In this document: piece after piece, positions 29,786-39,498 of the stretch | How the letters are laid out: each line of letters opens with the position of its first letter | Numbering within the stretch: position 1 is the stretch's first letter | Assembly (NCBI GenBank): GCA_964400475.1 | Contig: CAYNTH010000001.1 | Span: forward strand, 73,957-137,956 | Source: an uncultured archaeon | GTDB taxonomy: Archaea > Aenigmatarchaeota > Aenigmatarchaeia > CG10238-14 > SCSR01 | Direction of reading: 5' to 3' | Length of the DNA stretch: 64,000 nt | Notes under the pieces: generated by a model | Seen by the model: only the letters and a program-made list of their open reading frames with translations | What the model was told of the DNA's origin: nothing | The model's database searches: none | Program-made: the position numbers and the translations under genes

Positions 29786-30694
29786 ATGATAAACAAAAAA
29801 ATAGTCCAAGAGAAAATAGTAAAATATCTTATTCAAAACGGTTATGATATTTGTATTACTAACGGATGTTTCGATGTTGTCGCTAAAAAGGACAAAACAA
29901 TGTTAATCAAGTCGCTCACTAACATAGACAGTATTAGCAAGAATCAGGCCATTAATCTAAGGATATTATCGTATTTCCTTTCAGCCTACCCTTTTTTAGT
30001 ATCTTTAAGGAACACCCGGAATTTTCTAAAAGATAATATTATATATTCGAGGTTTGAAATCCCGGTAGTTACCCCAAAAATGTTTGGGGATATTTTGCAA
30101 GAGGAAGCTTATCATGCAAAATCTGCTAAGGGCAGGCATAGCGTTGAAATAGATGTTGATTTGCTTAAGGAAAAAAGATATGATATGAATTTTACTCTGA
30201 AGGAATTGTCAGATATAATAGGGATATCTAAAAAGGCTCTTTACGAGATAGAAAACGAACGCACGAACCCGAGTAGGCAAACAGCCGATAGTCTTGAACA
30301 TATACTCAATGTTGGTTTGAAAAAAATATATAAGCCGAAAAAAACCGATCCGGGTTATATCGAACCTAGAAACAGATTTCAAAAGATGATAAAAAACGAG
30401 TTGGGACGGATTGGTATAGATAATAGTTTTCTCTCATCTGCGCCTTTCGATATAGTTGGGAAAGGAAATTATAAATTCGTTGGTAGCGTTTCCGTTAGTA
30501 GTAAAGGGGCCACTAAATCGATTGGTGAAATTAAAAAATTATCCAAATTTTTACACACTATTCCATTTGTTATTATCAAAAGTAAAGTTAGGAAACGGAT
30601 TAGTGGCATGCCTGTTGTATTGGAGGAAGAACTTTACACATTTGAAACCGAAGAAGAGCTTATGGAATCGGTTGAAGACGATATGGGTGTTTAA
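29786..30694 (+). CDS. putative HTH-type transcriptional regulator (archaeal ~300-aa XRE/HTH_3 family, MJ1164-like)
   Basis: 302 aa. The central helix-turn-helix FTLKELSDIIGISKKALYEIENERTNPSRQTADSLEHIL resembles the conserved archaeal putative HTH-type regulatory protein family in size and layout. Confidence 0.55.
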   Translation: MINKKIVQEKIVKYLIQNGYDICITNGCFDVVAKKDKTMLIKSLTNIDSISKNQAINLRILSYFLSAYPFLVSLRNTRNFLKDNIIYSRFEIPVVTPKMFGDILQEEAYHAKSAKGRHSVEIDVDLLKEKRYDMNFTLKELSDIIGISKKALYEIENERTNPSRQTADSLEHILNVGLKKIYKPKKTDPGYIEPRNRFQKMIKNELGRIGIDNSFLSSAPFDIVGKGNYKFVGSVSVSSKGATKSIGEIKKLSKFLHTIPFVIIKSKVRKRISGMPVVLEEELYTFETEEELMESVEDDMGV

Positions 30695-30695
30695 A

Positions 30696-31253
30696 TTGTG
30701 TATTAAATATTGTAGAGAATTCAAGGTCGAACTTAACAATGGTTTTGAATTATTGATTAGACCTCTTAGAATGGATGATGCGAGGCAACTCATGGATTAT
30801 ATAAACGAATTAGTGGAGGAAGACGCGCCGATCGAAATTAACGAGAAAATGACCCTGAAAAAGGAAAAATCTTGGCTTAAGAATAGATTAGGTAGTATAG
30901 AGAAAGGAGAAGATCATATATTGGTCGGTGAGATAGACGGTAAGATAGTTAGTGTCGTCAATCTTACTCCAAAATCTGGAAGATTCTCACACGTGGCTAA
31001 GATAGGCATATCTGTCTTAGAAGACTATAGACGATATGGTATAGCGACTTCTATGATGGATAAAGTTATAGAAATAGGTAAAAAGGACGAGAATATAAGA
31101 CAAATATCATTGGATGTCCTTAAACCAAACAAAAACGCTATTAAACTTTACAATAAGTTGGGATTTAAAAAAGTAGCTGAACTCGAAAAAAGGGCAGAAT
31201 TCAAAGGCGAATATGTAGATGTGATTGTAATGGACCTGGGTGATAACGGTTAG
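30696..31253 (+). CDS. GNAT family N-acetyltransferase
   Basis: GNAT motif A region ...RRYGIATSMMDKVIEIGKK... and LYNKLGFK. The track ORF begins at 30456 inside the upstream gene. A TTG at about 30696, or the ATG at about 30771, is the more plausible start. Confidence 0.6.
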   Translation: MCIKYCREFKVELNNGFELLIRPLRMDDARQLMDYINELVEEDAPIEINEKMTLKKEKSWLKNRLGSIEKGEDHILVGEIDGKIVSVVNLTPKSGRFSHVAKIGISVLEDYRRYGIATSMMDKVIEIGKKDENIRQISLDVLKPNKNAIKLYNKLGFKKVAELEKRAEFKGEYVDVIVMDLGDNG

Positions 31254-31566
31254 TTGTTTTTATGAGGAAGTTTGGGAACTTCTGCTAGAAATTCCAGATG
31301 GTATGGTGACCACGTACAAGGAAATTGCAAAATCGCTTGGCACAAATGCTTATAGGGCGGTTGGAAATGCTTGTCGAAATAATCCCAACTCACCTGAAGT
31401 ACCTTGTCATAGGGTGGTAAGATCTAGTGGCAAGGTTGGTGGGTTCAATGGCAAGTTGTCCGGGAAAAACGTAAGGAGAAAAACATCCTTGTTGAAATCT
31501 GAAGGGGTCTATGTTAGTAATAGTAGAATTGTGGATTTTAGTGAGAAGTTATTTAAGTTCAAATGA
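31240..31566 (+). CDS. ogt: methylated-DNA-protein-cysteine methyltransferase, C-terminal DNA-binding/active-site domain only
   Basis: 108 aa FYEEVWELLLEIPDGMVTTYKEIAKSLGTNAYRAVGNACRNNPNSPEVPCHRVV carries the PCHRV active-site motif. The N-terminal domain of canonical Ogt is absent. It overlaps the GNAT gene end by 14 nt. Confidence 0.75.
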   Translation: MITVSCFYEEVWELLLEIPDGMVTTYKEIAKSLGTNAYRAVGNACRNNPNSPEVPCHRVVRSSGKVGGFNGKLSGKNVRRKTSLLKSEGVYVSNSRIVDFSEKLFKFK

Positions 31567-31814
31567 ACCTTATTAAGAATATTGTGAGATACATGAAAGA
31601 AGACGAATCTGATAACAATATGATTGAACAAAAATTTGGTTTTTTTGTAATTAAGAAAATTGATAAAGATACCAAGAAAATGAAGGTAGAATTAAAAACT
31701 AAAAGCGAGGGAATCCCACTTTCTGAGGCTGTTATCATATTGGAAGGTTGGGTAAACCGTGTAAAGAAAAAATTGCAGGAACCATATGCGAAAAATTTGA
31801 AATTCAGAAAGTAA
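31563..31814 (+). CDS. hypothetical small basic protein
   Basis: 83 aa, Lys-rich, no motif recognised. Translationally coupled to ogt (ATGA overlap). Confidence 0.3.
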   Translation: MNLIKNIVRYMKEDESDNNMIEQKFGFFVIKKIDKDTKKMKVELKTKSEGIPLSEAVIILEGWVNRVKKKLQEPYAKNLKFRK

Positions 31815-31900
31815 TTTATTTCTCGTATACCCAGATACACATAAGATTTATAAGTTTAGCATACGTATTAGTTAAATATCGTTTTGTTTTTGAAAAAAAA

Positions 31901-31906
31901 GGAGGT
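31901..31906 (+). promoter_or_regulatory. Shine-Dalgarno GGAGGT 9 nt upstream of thermosome ATG
   Basis: AAAAAAAAGGAGGTTGATGGTAAATG. Confidence 0.5.
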
Positions 31907-31915
31907 TGATGGTAA

Positions 31916-33583
31916 ATGGTTCAAATGGGACAAATTGGAGGACAGCCGGTTTTAATTTTGCCGGAAGGGACTTTAAGACAAACGGGCAAAGGTGCCCAAA
32001 GAGGTAACATAGCTGCTGCTAAGGCGGTGGCTGATGCGGTTCGGACTACACTCGGGCCGAAGGGAATGGATAAAATGCTTGTTGATTCTATAGGTGATAT
32101 AGTTATAACAAATGATGGTGTAACAATTCTCGATGAAATGGAGATTGAACACCCTGCAGCTAAAATGATGGTTGAAGTTGCTAAAACGCAGGCCGAAGAA
32201 GTCGGTGACGGAACAACCACTTCGGTTGTAATAGCTGGAGAATTATTGAAAAGGGCTGCTGATTTACTCGATCATGATATACACCCAACTGTTATCACAA
32301 GAGGGTATAGATTGGCTAGTGAAGAAGCGTTGAAGATTTTAGAAGATATATCTATTCCGATAAATCTAGAAGACGACGCCATGTTGAAAAAGATTGCATT
32401 AACATCTATGAGTGGAAAAAGCATGGAAAAAGCGTCCCCTGCACTAGGTGATTTGATAGTAGAAGCTGTCAAGAATGTGGCAATTAAGAAGAACGGTCAA
32501 ATAACGATTGATACAGACGATATTAAAAGAGAAAAGAAATCAGGTGGAAGCGCGGATAAGACAGAGCTTGTACGTGGTATTGTTTTGGATAAAGAAATAG
32601 TTCATCCAGCGATGCCCAATAAGATAGAAGAGGCCAAGATAGCTCTGATAGATATTCCATTAGAGATTAAAGAAACAGAAACAGAAGCTCAGATAAGAAT
32701 TAGCTCACCCGAACAACTTCAATCTTTCGTTGAACAAGAACAAAAGATGTTGAAAAAAATGGTGGATACCATAGAAGGCGTGGGCACTAGTGTGCTACTT
32801 TCTCAGAAAGGAATAGATGATATAGCACAACATTATTTGGCAAAGAAAGGCATTCTTGCTACTAGACGTGTTAAAAAATCTGACATGGAAAAATTGGCAA
32901 AGGCAACTGGTGGTAGAATCGTTTCTAACCTAGATGATTTAACTAAAGATGATTTGGGATACGCCAAGACAGTTGAAGAATCTAAAGTTGGTGGAGACGA
33001 TATGATTTTCGTCAGGGACTGCAAAGATCCAAAGGCAGTAACTATCCTGGTCAGGGGTAGTACGAATCATGTTGTGGATGAGATTGATAGAAGTATAGAA
33101 GACGCTATTGGTGCAGTTTCGTCTGCAATAGAAGTTGGTAAAATTGTTTATGGTGCTGGATCTCCAGAGGCTGAGCTTTCAAAAAGGTTAAAGAAATTTG
33201 CAGAAGGATTTTCTGGAAGAGAACAACTGGCAATCACATCTTTTGCAGAATCTATGGAAGTAATTCCTAGAGCACTTGCAGAAAATGCGGGATTAGACCC
33301 GATTGACGTAATAGTTAAATTAAGGTCAGAACACGACAAAGAAAATATACATCACGGTGTCAGTGTCTATGAGAGAGAAGTCATGAATGCTGAAGATATT
33401 GGTGTTGTTGAACCACTCAAAGTAAAAACACAGGCAATTATCTCTGCATCGGAGGCTACTGAGATGATATTGAGAATAGATGATGTAATCTCAGCAGGCA
33501 AGTTATCGAAAGGAGGATCAGGTGGTTCAGGAATGCCTGCAGGAATGCCAGGCGGAATGCCGGGAGGCATGCCTGGATACTAA
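31916..33583 (+). CDS. ths: thermosome subunit (group II chaperonin)
   Basis: 555 aa with [25 protein letters not shown] and GDGTTT blocks and the C-terminal GGM repeat ([16 protein letters not shown]). Confidence 0.95.
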   Translation: MVQMGQIGGQPVLILPEGTLRQTGKGAQRGNIAAAKAVADAVRTTLGPKGMDKMLVDSIGDIVITNDGVTILDEMEIEHPAAKMMVEVAKTQAEEVGDGTTTSVVIAGELLKRAADLLDHDIHPTVITRGYRLASEEALKILEDISIPINLEDDAMLKKIALTSMSGKSMEKASPALGDLIVEAVKNVAIKKNGQITIDTDDIKREKKSGGSADKTELVRGIVLDKEIVHPAMPNKIEEAKIALIDIPLEIKETETEAQIRISSPEQLQSFVEQEQKMLKKMVDTIEGVGTSVLLSQKGIDDIAQHYLAKKGILATRRVKKSDMEKLAKATGGRIVSNLDDLTKDDLGYAKTVEESKVGGDDMIFVRDCKDPKAVTILVRGSTNHVVDEIDRSIEDAIGAVSSAIEVGKIVYGAGSPEAELSKRLKKFAEGFSGREQLAITSFAESMEVIPRALAENAGLDPIDVIVKLRSEHDKENIHHGVSVYEREVMNAEDIGVVEPLKVKTQAIISASEATEMILRIDDVISAGKLSKGGSGGSGMPAGMPGGMPGGMPGY

Positions 33584-33687
33584 TTTTTTTCTTAGAAAAG
33601 CTTTATTTACGTAGTTCTAAATTTATTATAGTCAAAAACTCAATTTATATTAGCTATTCAGGATAATTAATATTATTTGGTGAATTA

Positions 33688-34170
33688 ATGTCAGAAGAAG
33701 AAGAGTATGAATTGGTTCCTCTTTCGCCTATAAGAAGACTAGAGAAGAGATTGGAAAGGATAGAGAAGGGAAAATCGAGTAATGTTGACTCAAGTAAGTT
33801 TTTCAGTGAAATAGTGGAAATTATTAGGATGAATCAACAGATTGTTGATGAATTGGCTAAAGCCAATGATGCGCTGAGAATAGAAATTTCTAGATTGCCT
33901 GGGAAGATGGATGAACTGATCGGAAATATTGATGAATTGGTTTCTTATATCAAAGCCGCTGCAGGTACAGGCGAGTCTGCTTCAGGGGAGAGCATGGATC
34001 CGTTATTGAAAAAAATGGACAAGTTGATAGAAGGCAATAAGAAAATAGTCGAAAGTAATGAGTCAGTTATATCAACTGTGGAGCAGTTGTCGGGCAAGTT
34101 GAAAAGACCTCCTTATCCTAGTAGACTAAAAAGAAAAAGATTATCTGGGTTTAATAAAAAAATTAAATAA
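33688..34170 (+). CDS. hypothetical coiled-coil protein with basic C-terminal tail, first gene of pilus-like locus
   Basis: 160 aa, acidic N-terminus, heptad-rich centre, C-terminal RPPYPSRLKRKRLSGFNKKIK. Confidence 0.3.
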   Translation: MSEEEEYELVPLSPIRRLEKRLERIEKGKSSNVDSSKFFSEIVEIIRMNQQIVDELAKANDALRIEISRLPGKMDELIGNIDELVSYIKAAAGTGESASGESMDPLLKKMDKLIEGNKKIVESNESVISTVEQLSGKLKRPPYPSRLKRKRLSGFNKKIK

Positions 34171-34206
34171 TTCTCAATTTTTATTCTAAAAAAATAAATT
34201 GATATT

Positions 34207-34872
34207 ATGTTAAATAGGTTTGGTATATCCGAAATTATTTCTCTATTATTGATAGCTCTTATTACTGCGAGCTTATCAGGCACTGCGTTAATGTGGGGTA
34301 TGCCGCTCATTAATAAAAGACAGGACAGTAGTAAGATTGATAAACTTTATAGTTATTTTGATGAGGAAAACAGCAATTCCATAATGAAGAAAATCGAGTT
34401 TGTCTCAAGAAACGGTGGTCAGGAAACGTTCACTTCAGATATTAAAGGAACTTGGATAATAAATGATTATTCGTTGGATTCTGAAAAAGCCAATTCAATA
34501 GATTTCATTACATTTAGCAAAGTTTCAAATGTAGCCATTTCAACCGAAGATAATGATATAGGTTGGGTGTCATTGACATCTGGAGGGGAGTGCCCCCCAA
34601 ATAATGGAATTGTTGGACTGGATTCATCATATGTCGTATGTGCAAAAGCCGAGCCATTTTCAGATGAGTACAAAATTAATTATAGAATATGGTTTAGAGA
34701 TTTGTATGATTCTAGTTCTACTAGAGTTTGGCGTATTAATGTTACTAACCACGAGAGTGGTTTAAGTTCTAAAGAGACTAGTAGGATAAGAATATCTCAG
34801 GGAGATGTCATAACTGATAATATTGATGGGGAAACTTTCATTACTACTAAAATCAAAATTCTTTTAGTATGA
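34207..34872 (+). CDS. pilin-like protein with class III (type IV prepilin-like) signal peptide
   Basis: 221 aa. MLNRFG|ISEIISLLLIALITASL has a short basic leader, Gly, then about 20 hydrophobic residues with Glu at +3. The remainder is beta-rich. Confidence 0.45.
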   Translation: MLNRFGISEIISLLLIALITASLSGTALMWGMPLINKRQDSSKIDKLYSYFDEENSNSIMKKIEFVSRNGGQETFTSDIKGTWIINDYSLDSEKANSIDFITFSKVSNVAISTEDNDIGWVSLTSGGECPPNNGIVGLDSSYVVCAKAEPFSDEYKINYRIWFRDLYDSSSTRVWRINVTNHESGLSSKETSRIRISQGDVITDNIDGETFITTKIKILLV

Positions 34873-35321
34873 TACCAAATATCCCGGATATCTCATCTTC
34901 AGGGCAATCGACAGTGATACAGTTTATCTTGTTTATACTAGTAGGTTTAGCCATTTTTACAAGTATAGGAAATTTATTTAGATTCCAATCAGATATTCTA
35001 AGAGACGAGATTTCTAATTACTCTGTGGAGATGGTGAACAGTTATTTGTCGTCTGTAGTAGTAGCTTCTGTTGACACATGTAAAAAATGCGATGTGGTGG
35101 AGAATAAAATAAAAATTAGTGATAGTTTTTTTAGCTATTATTTGGAGGCGTCATTGGGTGATGATGGATTGACAGTATCAACTCATCCAGAAAAATATGA
35201 ATATTCATCTTCGATTAATAATCTTAATGAGAGTATCGATGTTTTGGAAGGGGCAGCACCTTCTATACAAACAATAAACTTAACATATGATAGAACACAA
35301 AATAAATTAGAGATAAGATGA
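34869..35321 (+). CDS. pilin-like protein with class III signal peptide
   Basis: 150 aa ...DISSSG|QSTVIQFILFILVGLAIF is an archaeal G|Q prepilin-type cleavage context. It overlaps its upstream neighbour by ATGA. Confidence 0.45.
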   Translation: MIPNIPDISSSGQSTVIQFILFILVGLAIFTSIGNLFRFQSDILRDEISNYSVEMVNSYLSSVVVASVDTCKKCDVVENKIKISDSFFSYYLEASLGDDGLTVSTHPEKYEYSSSINNLNESIDVLEGAAPSIQTINLTYDRTQNKLEIR

Positions 35322-37066
35322 CAATGAAGAAGATTTTCGATAGTATGGTAAAAGGATATAAAGCTTTGGAGGAGAGAGAAAAGTCGGCTACATCAAGATC
35401 TGTAAATATTGTCACGGAATCTCCGACAGTGGTAAAATCCAAATGTGTTGAAGAAAGCGATGAATCCGAAAAAGATGAAAAAAAGTTTGATTTCGAAGGT
35501 TTCGAAATACCCAGATTTAAATCAACTGGTGTAAAATTGGGTAGGTCAAAAGCAGATACTGCTAAGTTAAGACCAATTATTTATCCTCTTATACCATCTA
35601 AGCCAAAAAAGGGGGAGCCAGTATTTGCTCATACAAAGATTCAGTGGGATAAAAATCTCAATAAGTACGTTTATAATTTATCAGAACCTAAAATGACTGA
35701 CAAGTTGGCCAATATTCTAGAGAGGATAAAAATATTGCTTGAACAAAGATTAGATGTTGATTTTACTAAATTGAAAAAAATTGAGTCAATTGAGTATTTG
35801 AATAAAGAAATGGTTGATCTCATAGATTATTTCGATTTCACGGTTACGGAAGCCGAGAAAAAAATATTGAGATATTATATTGAAAGAGATTTCATGGGAT
35901 TAGGTAAAATAGAGCCGGTGATGCAGGATGATAATATTGAGGATATAAGTTGTGATGGAATAGGGATTCCGATTTACATATTTCATAGGAATTCAAAGCT
36001 GGGATCAATACCGACTAATGTAATGTATGATAATAAAGAAGAATTAGATTCTTTTATAACAAGACTTTCTCAGATATGTGGAAAAACAATATCTGTTGCA
36101 ACACCGTTGGTTGGTGGAACTCTACCAGACGGCAGTAGGTTGCAGGCCACGCTGGCGACTGATATAGCTAGGAGAGGTAGCAATTTTACTATAAGGAAAT
36201 TCACCAAAACACCATTAACGCCGACTCACCTCTTGGCGTATAACACATTGGATATAGAGAGTATGGCTTATATGTGGTTCGTAGTTGATCACGGTTTCAG
36301 TGTTCTCGTTTGTGGTGGGACAGCATCCGGTAAGACTACATTATTGAATGTTATGTCATTATTCATTAGACATGACAAGAAAATAGTTTCCATCGAAGAT
36401 ACCGCCGAATTGAGGCTGCCACACCCTCATTGGGTACCGGCAGTTGCGAGAGTGCCGATATCCGAAAATAAAGACAATAAAGGCGATGTTGATTTATTCG
36501 ATTTGCTCAAGGAAAGCATGAGGCAACGTCCAGATTATATTATTGTAGGTGAGGTAAGGGGTCCAGAAGCTTACATATTATTTCAACAGATGGCAACAGG
36601 GCACCCATCCATGGCCACTATACACGCTGAAAATATGCCTAAATTGATGGATAGACTCACAACTCCTCCAATATCGTTGCAACCAAGTCTCATCAGTAGT
36701 CTTGATTTGGCCGTGTTTTTATCGAGAATGAAATATAAAGATAATTTTGTCAGGAGGATGTCAGAAATAGTTGAGATAGTGGATTACGATGAGAAAAAAG
36801 AAAATCCAGTGATAAACAAAGTATTCGAGTGGAATTCAGATACTGACAAATTCAACCTGTTAAATGATAGTTTAATGCTAAAAAAAATATCCAGAAAGAC
36901 AGGGATGAAAAAAAATGAGATTAAAGAAGAGCTTTCAAGGAGGATGTTGGTTTTGCATTGGTTGAAAGAAAACAGAATAACTGATTTCAAGGATGTGAAC
37001 AAAGTTATTAACATGTATTATAATTACCCCCAAAGAACTATTTCAATGATGTCTGAAAGAATATGA
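35318..37066 (+). CDS. type IV pilus/archaellum-type assembly ATPase (FlaI/TadA/VirB11 superfamily)
   Basis: 582 aa with Walker A VLVCGGTASGKTTLLN, Asp box, Walker B DYIIVGEVRG and His box MATGHPSMATIHA. Confidence 0.85.
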   Translation: MTMKKIFDSMVKGYKALEEREKSATSRSVNIVTESPTVVKSKCVEESDESEKDEKKFDFEGFEIPRFKSTGVKLGRSKADTAKLRPIIYPLIPSKPKKGEPVFAHTKIQWDKNLNKYVYNLSEPKMTDKLANILERIKILLEQRLDVDFTKLKKIESIEYLNKEMVDLIDYFDFTVTEAEKKILRYYIERDFMGLGKIEPVMQDDNIEDISCDGIGIPIYIFHRNSKLGSIPTNVMYDNKEELDSFITRLSQICGKTISVATPLVGGTLPDGSRLQATLATDIARRGSNFTIRKFTKTPLTPTHLLAYNTLDIESMAYMWFVVDHGFSVLVCGGTASGKTTLLNVMSLFIRHDKKIVSIEDTAELRLPHPHWVPAVARVPISENKDNKGDVDLFDLLKESMRQRPDYIIVGEVRGPEAYILFQQMATGHPSMATIHAENMPKLMDRLTTPPISLQPSLISSLDLAVFLSRMKYKDNFVRRMSEIVEIVDYDEKKENPVINKVFEWNSDTDKFNLLNDSLMLKKISRKTGMKKNEIKEELSRRMLVLHWLKENRITDFKDVNKVINMYYNYPQRTISMMSERI

Positions 37067-37092
37067 ATTAACCGTCTCTTGGGTCGATCTGT

Positions 37093-37968
37093 ATGAAATT
37101 TTATAAAAAACTCTCATTTAGATATTTTAGTCACATAAGTGAATATATATCTCATTATTTCGGGGAAGTCAATATTAATTTGAAAAAAGCCAGAATTATG
37201 ATGTCCCTTCAGGAATATATTAGTATAGCCATAATGTCCTGTTTTATAATTTTTTTAATCAGTTTTCCGATATTGTCGTTTCTTTTTGGGTTGGTCTTTC
37301 AGACATTTTTATTCAGTTTCATAAGCTCTTTTACAGTTACTTTGACTTTGACCGTTGGTACGTTCATTTTGATAATGAACTATCCTAGGCTGGTCATAAA
37401 TGAAAAGGCAAAAAAGATAGATAATGTTTTACCATTTGCTGCATTGTACATTTCGACTGTTGCAAGTACAAAATTACCTTTGCATGAAGTTTTTGGAATA
37501 TTTTCAAGGTTCAGTGATTACGGTGAACTGACTAAAGAGATTGAACATATTACTAAGGACGTTGAGGTTTTTGGATTCGATATCAATAATGCCATAGAGA
37601 GAGCTGTTAGTAGGTCACCATCAAAGGAGTTGAGAGAAATGTTATGGGGCATGTTATCTACACTTAGGGCAGGTGGTGATATGCATTCATATCTTGGAGA
37701 AACAGCGTCCAATATGATGGATGATTATAGAAGAAAATTGTACGAATTTTCACACCAGCTGACGATATATATAGAGGTTTATCTAACCACCATAGTTCTG
37801 GGAACCATATTCTTTACAATACTGACTTCTGTAATAAGTGGGATGGCTAGTTCTATAAATTCATCAAATATAATTGTTCTCCAATTCTTGTTGATATTCG
37901 CATTTATGCCACTTGTCTCAATATTATTTATTATCATGGTAAAATCGATTACACCGGGGGAAGAGTGA
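37093..37968 (+). CDS. type II secretion F-domain membrane protein (TadB / FlaJ N-half-like)
   Basis: 291 aa. TM helices flank a cytoplasmic T2SSF-like domain (ALYISTVASTKLPLHEVFGIFSRF...ERAVSRSPSKELREMLWGMLSTLRAGGDMHSYL). Confidence 0.6.
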   Translation: MKFYKKLSFRYFSHISEYISHYFGEVNINLKKARIMMSLQEYISIAIMSCFIIFLISFPILSFLFGLVFQTFLFSFISSFTVTLTLTVGTFILIMNYPRLVINEKAKKIDNVLPFAALYISTVASTKLPLHEVFGIFSRFSDYGELTKEIEHITKDVEVFGFDINNAIERAVSRSPSKELREMLWGMLSTLRAGGDMHSYLGETASNMMDDYRRKLYEFSHQLTIYIEVYLTTIVLGTIFFTILTSVISGMASSINSSNIIVLQFLLIFAFMPLVSILFIIMVKSITPGEE

Positions 37969-37972
37969 AAAT

Positions 37973-38971
37973 ATGACCAACAAAACATCCAATAGCAAAA
38001 GTATCAAATCTGTTTTAATTGGGTTACGGACAGGTTTCATGGAATTGTCTAGAGCTAAGAGGACACTGATAATAACAATATCTATTTCTTTAGTTTTGAT
38101 GTTTTTCGCCAGTTTAACAAGAAATTTGGGTATACTAGCAAATGCAATACTTTTATCGACTTTCATAGTGGCAGTGCCTCAATTTTTGATGATGTATGAT
38201 CGTTATGTTAATATAAAAGAAATGGAGAAAAAGTTTCCCGTTTTTTTAAGAGATATAATAGAATCTTTGAATTCTGGTATGCCCTTGCACAAATCGATAA
38301 TATCTGTCAGTAATTACGACTATGGCAAATTGTCACCTGAAATAAGGAAAATTTCAAATCAGTTAACCTGGGGGGTTCCATTGGAAAAGGTATTAAACCA
38401 GTTTGCCAAAAGAATGAAAAAAAGCAAGAGACTTTTTACAAGTATAAAAATCATACGGGAATCTCATCTTTCAGGAGGGAATGTCATATCGACGATTGAT
38501 ACCGTTGCCGATAATTCCAAGACCTTAGAAGATGCAGAAAAGGAAAGGCGTAGTACATTGAATCAATATGTGATATTGATGTATGTAATAACTTTGGTTT
38601 TTATTGGTATAATCGTAGCTATAAACAATTTGATGATACCTATTTTTGAAGTTACAGCGAGTGGCGCGGGTGATATAATAGGAGTTGTCAATCCCTGCCA
38701 ATCATCATCTTTTGGCATTACAAATTACGTTTGCAGTCTCTATAAGGGCACGGCGTTTTTCTTATTTTCAATAGACCCGACAACTATCAGTGCTTACTAC
38801 ATTTCACTCTTTTTTTATATGAGTCTAGTTCAATCCATTTTTTCGGGGTTAGTGGCTGGTCAGATAGGTGAGAATTCTGTGAGAGCAGGTATTAAACACA
38901 GTTTAATCATGGTTTCGATCACTTTAGGTTCATTCTATTTATTAATATACTTCGGTTTTTTGGGTGTTTAA
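37973..38971 (+). CDS. type II secretion F-domain membrane protein (TadC / FlaJ C-half-like)
   Basis: 332 aa. Second T2SSF-like domain (LRDIIESLNSGMPLHKSIISVS...RESHLSGGNVISTIDTVAD) followed by TM helices. It starts 5 nt after the previous ORF in a different frame. Confidence 0.6.
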   Translation: MTNKTSNSKSIKSVLIGLRTGFMELSRAKRTLIITISISLVLMFFASLTRNLGILANAILLSTFIVAVPQFLMMYDRYVNIKEMEKKFPVFLRDIIESLNSGMPLHKSIISVSNYDYGKLSPEIRKISNQLTWGVPLEKVLNQFAKRMKKSKRLFTSIKIIRESHLSGGNVISTIDTVADNSKTLEDAEKERRSTLNQYVILMYVITLVFIGIIVAINNLMIPIFEVTASGAGDIIGVVNPCQSSSFGITNYVCSLYKGTAFFLFSIDPTTISAYYISLFFYMSLVQSIFSGLVAGQIGENSVRAGIKHSLIMVSITLGSFYLLIYFGFLGV

Positions 38972-38976
38972 TTGAA

Positions 38977-39498
38977 ATGAATAGTCTCAATAAAGGAATG
39001 TTTAATTTGGAGTATGTTGTAGTTTTGATAATCTTTGTTATTTTTTCCACTTATTTTACTTTTAAAATGTTGGAACAGCGACCACTGTACATAAGAGAGG
39101 TTAAAGAGGAAATATATCGATCACAGAGCTATAGATTTAGTGAGATGATCATCAACGATCCCGGTCATCCTACCGATTGGGATATTTTAGTCGGTACTAT
39201 AGATGAGCCTAGTATCAAGAGGGTAGGTCTATTAAATCATTTTGAAAACAAAACTAATCTTTTATCCGAGGATAAAATATTTGCATTTGAAACACTTTGT
39301 GAAAATAGTGGATATTCGATGGTCAAGAAGCTAGTGGGTGTGGAAGATGATTTTTATATTATGATTATAGATGAAACTAATACTTTTGAAACAATAGAAT
39401 GTAAACCTGAAGAAATCGGGGAGATTAAGTCAAATATACGGAGAAGTGTTGCATTCGATTCCGGAAATTATGGTGAGATAATTGTTCAGATATGGTGA
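38977..39498 (+). CDS. type IV pilin-like protein (bacterial-style prepilin signal with Glu+5)
   Basis: 173 aa MNSLNKG|MFNLEYVVVLIIFVIFSTYF has basic Lys, Gly at -1, Glu at +5 and a hydrophobic stretch. Confidence 0.55.
   Translation: MNSLNKGMFNLEYVVVLIIFVIFSTYFTFKMLEQRPLYIREVKEEIYRSQSYRFSEMIINDPGHPTDWDILVGTIDEPSIKRVGLLNHFENKTNLLSEDKIFAFETLCENSGYSMVKKLVGVEDDFYIMIIDETNTFETIECKPEEIGEIKSNIRRSVAFDSGNYGEIIVQIW

Noticed and set aside
30456-30695. 5' extension of the GNAT ORF into the HTH-regulator gene
   Set aside because: The extension has no GNAT homology and lies wholly inside the upstream gene in another frame. A TTG or ATG start downstream of the regulator stop is more plausible.
33541-33583. 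GGM/PGGM tandem repeat at thermosome 3' end
   Set aside because: This is the normal C-terminal Gly-Gly-Met tail of group II chaperonins, not a repeat element.
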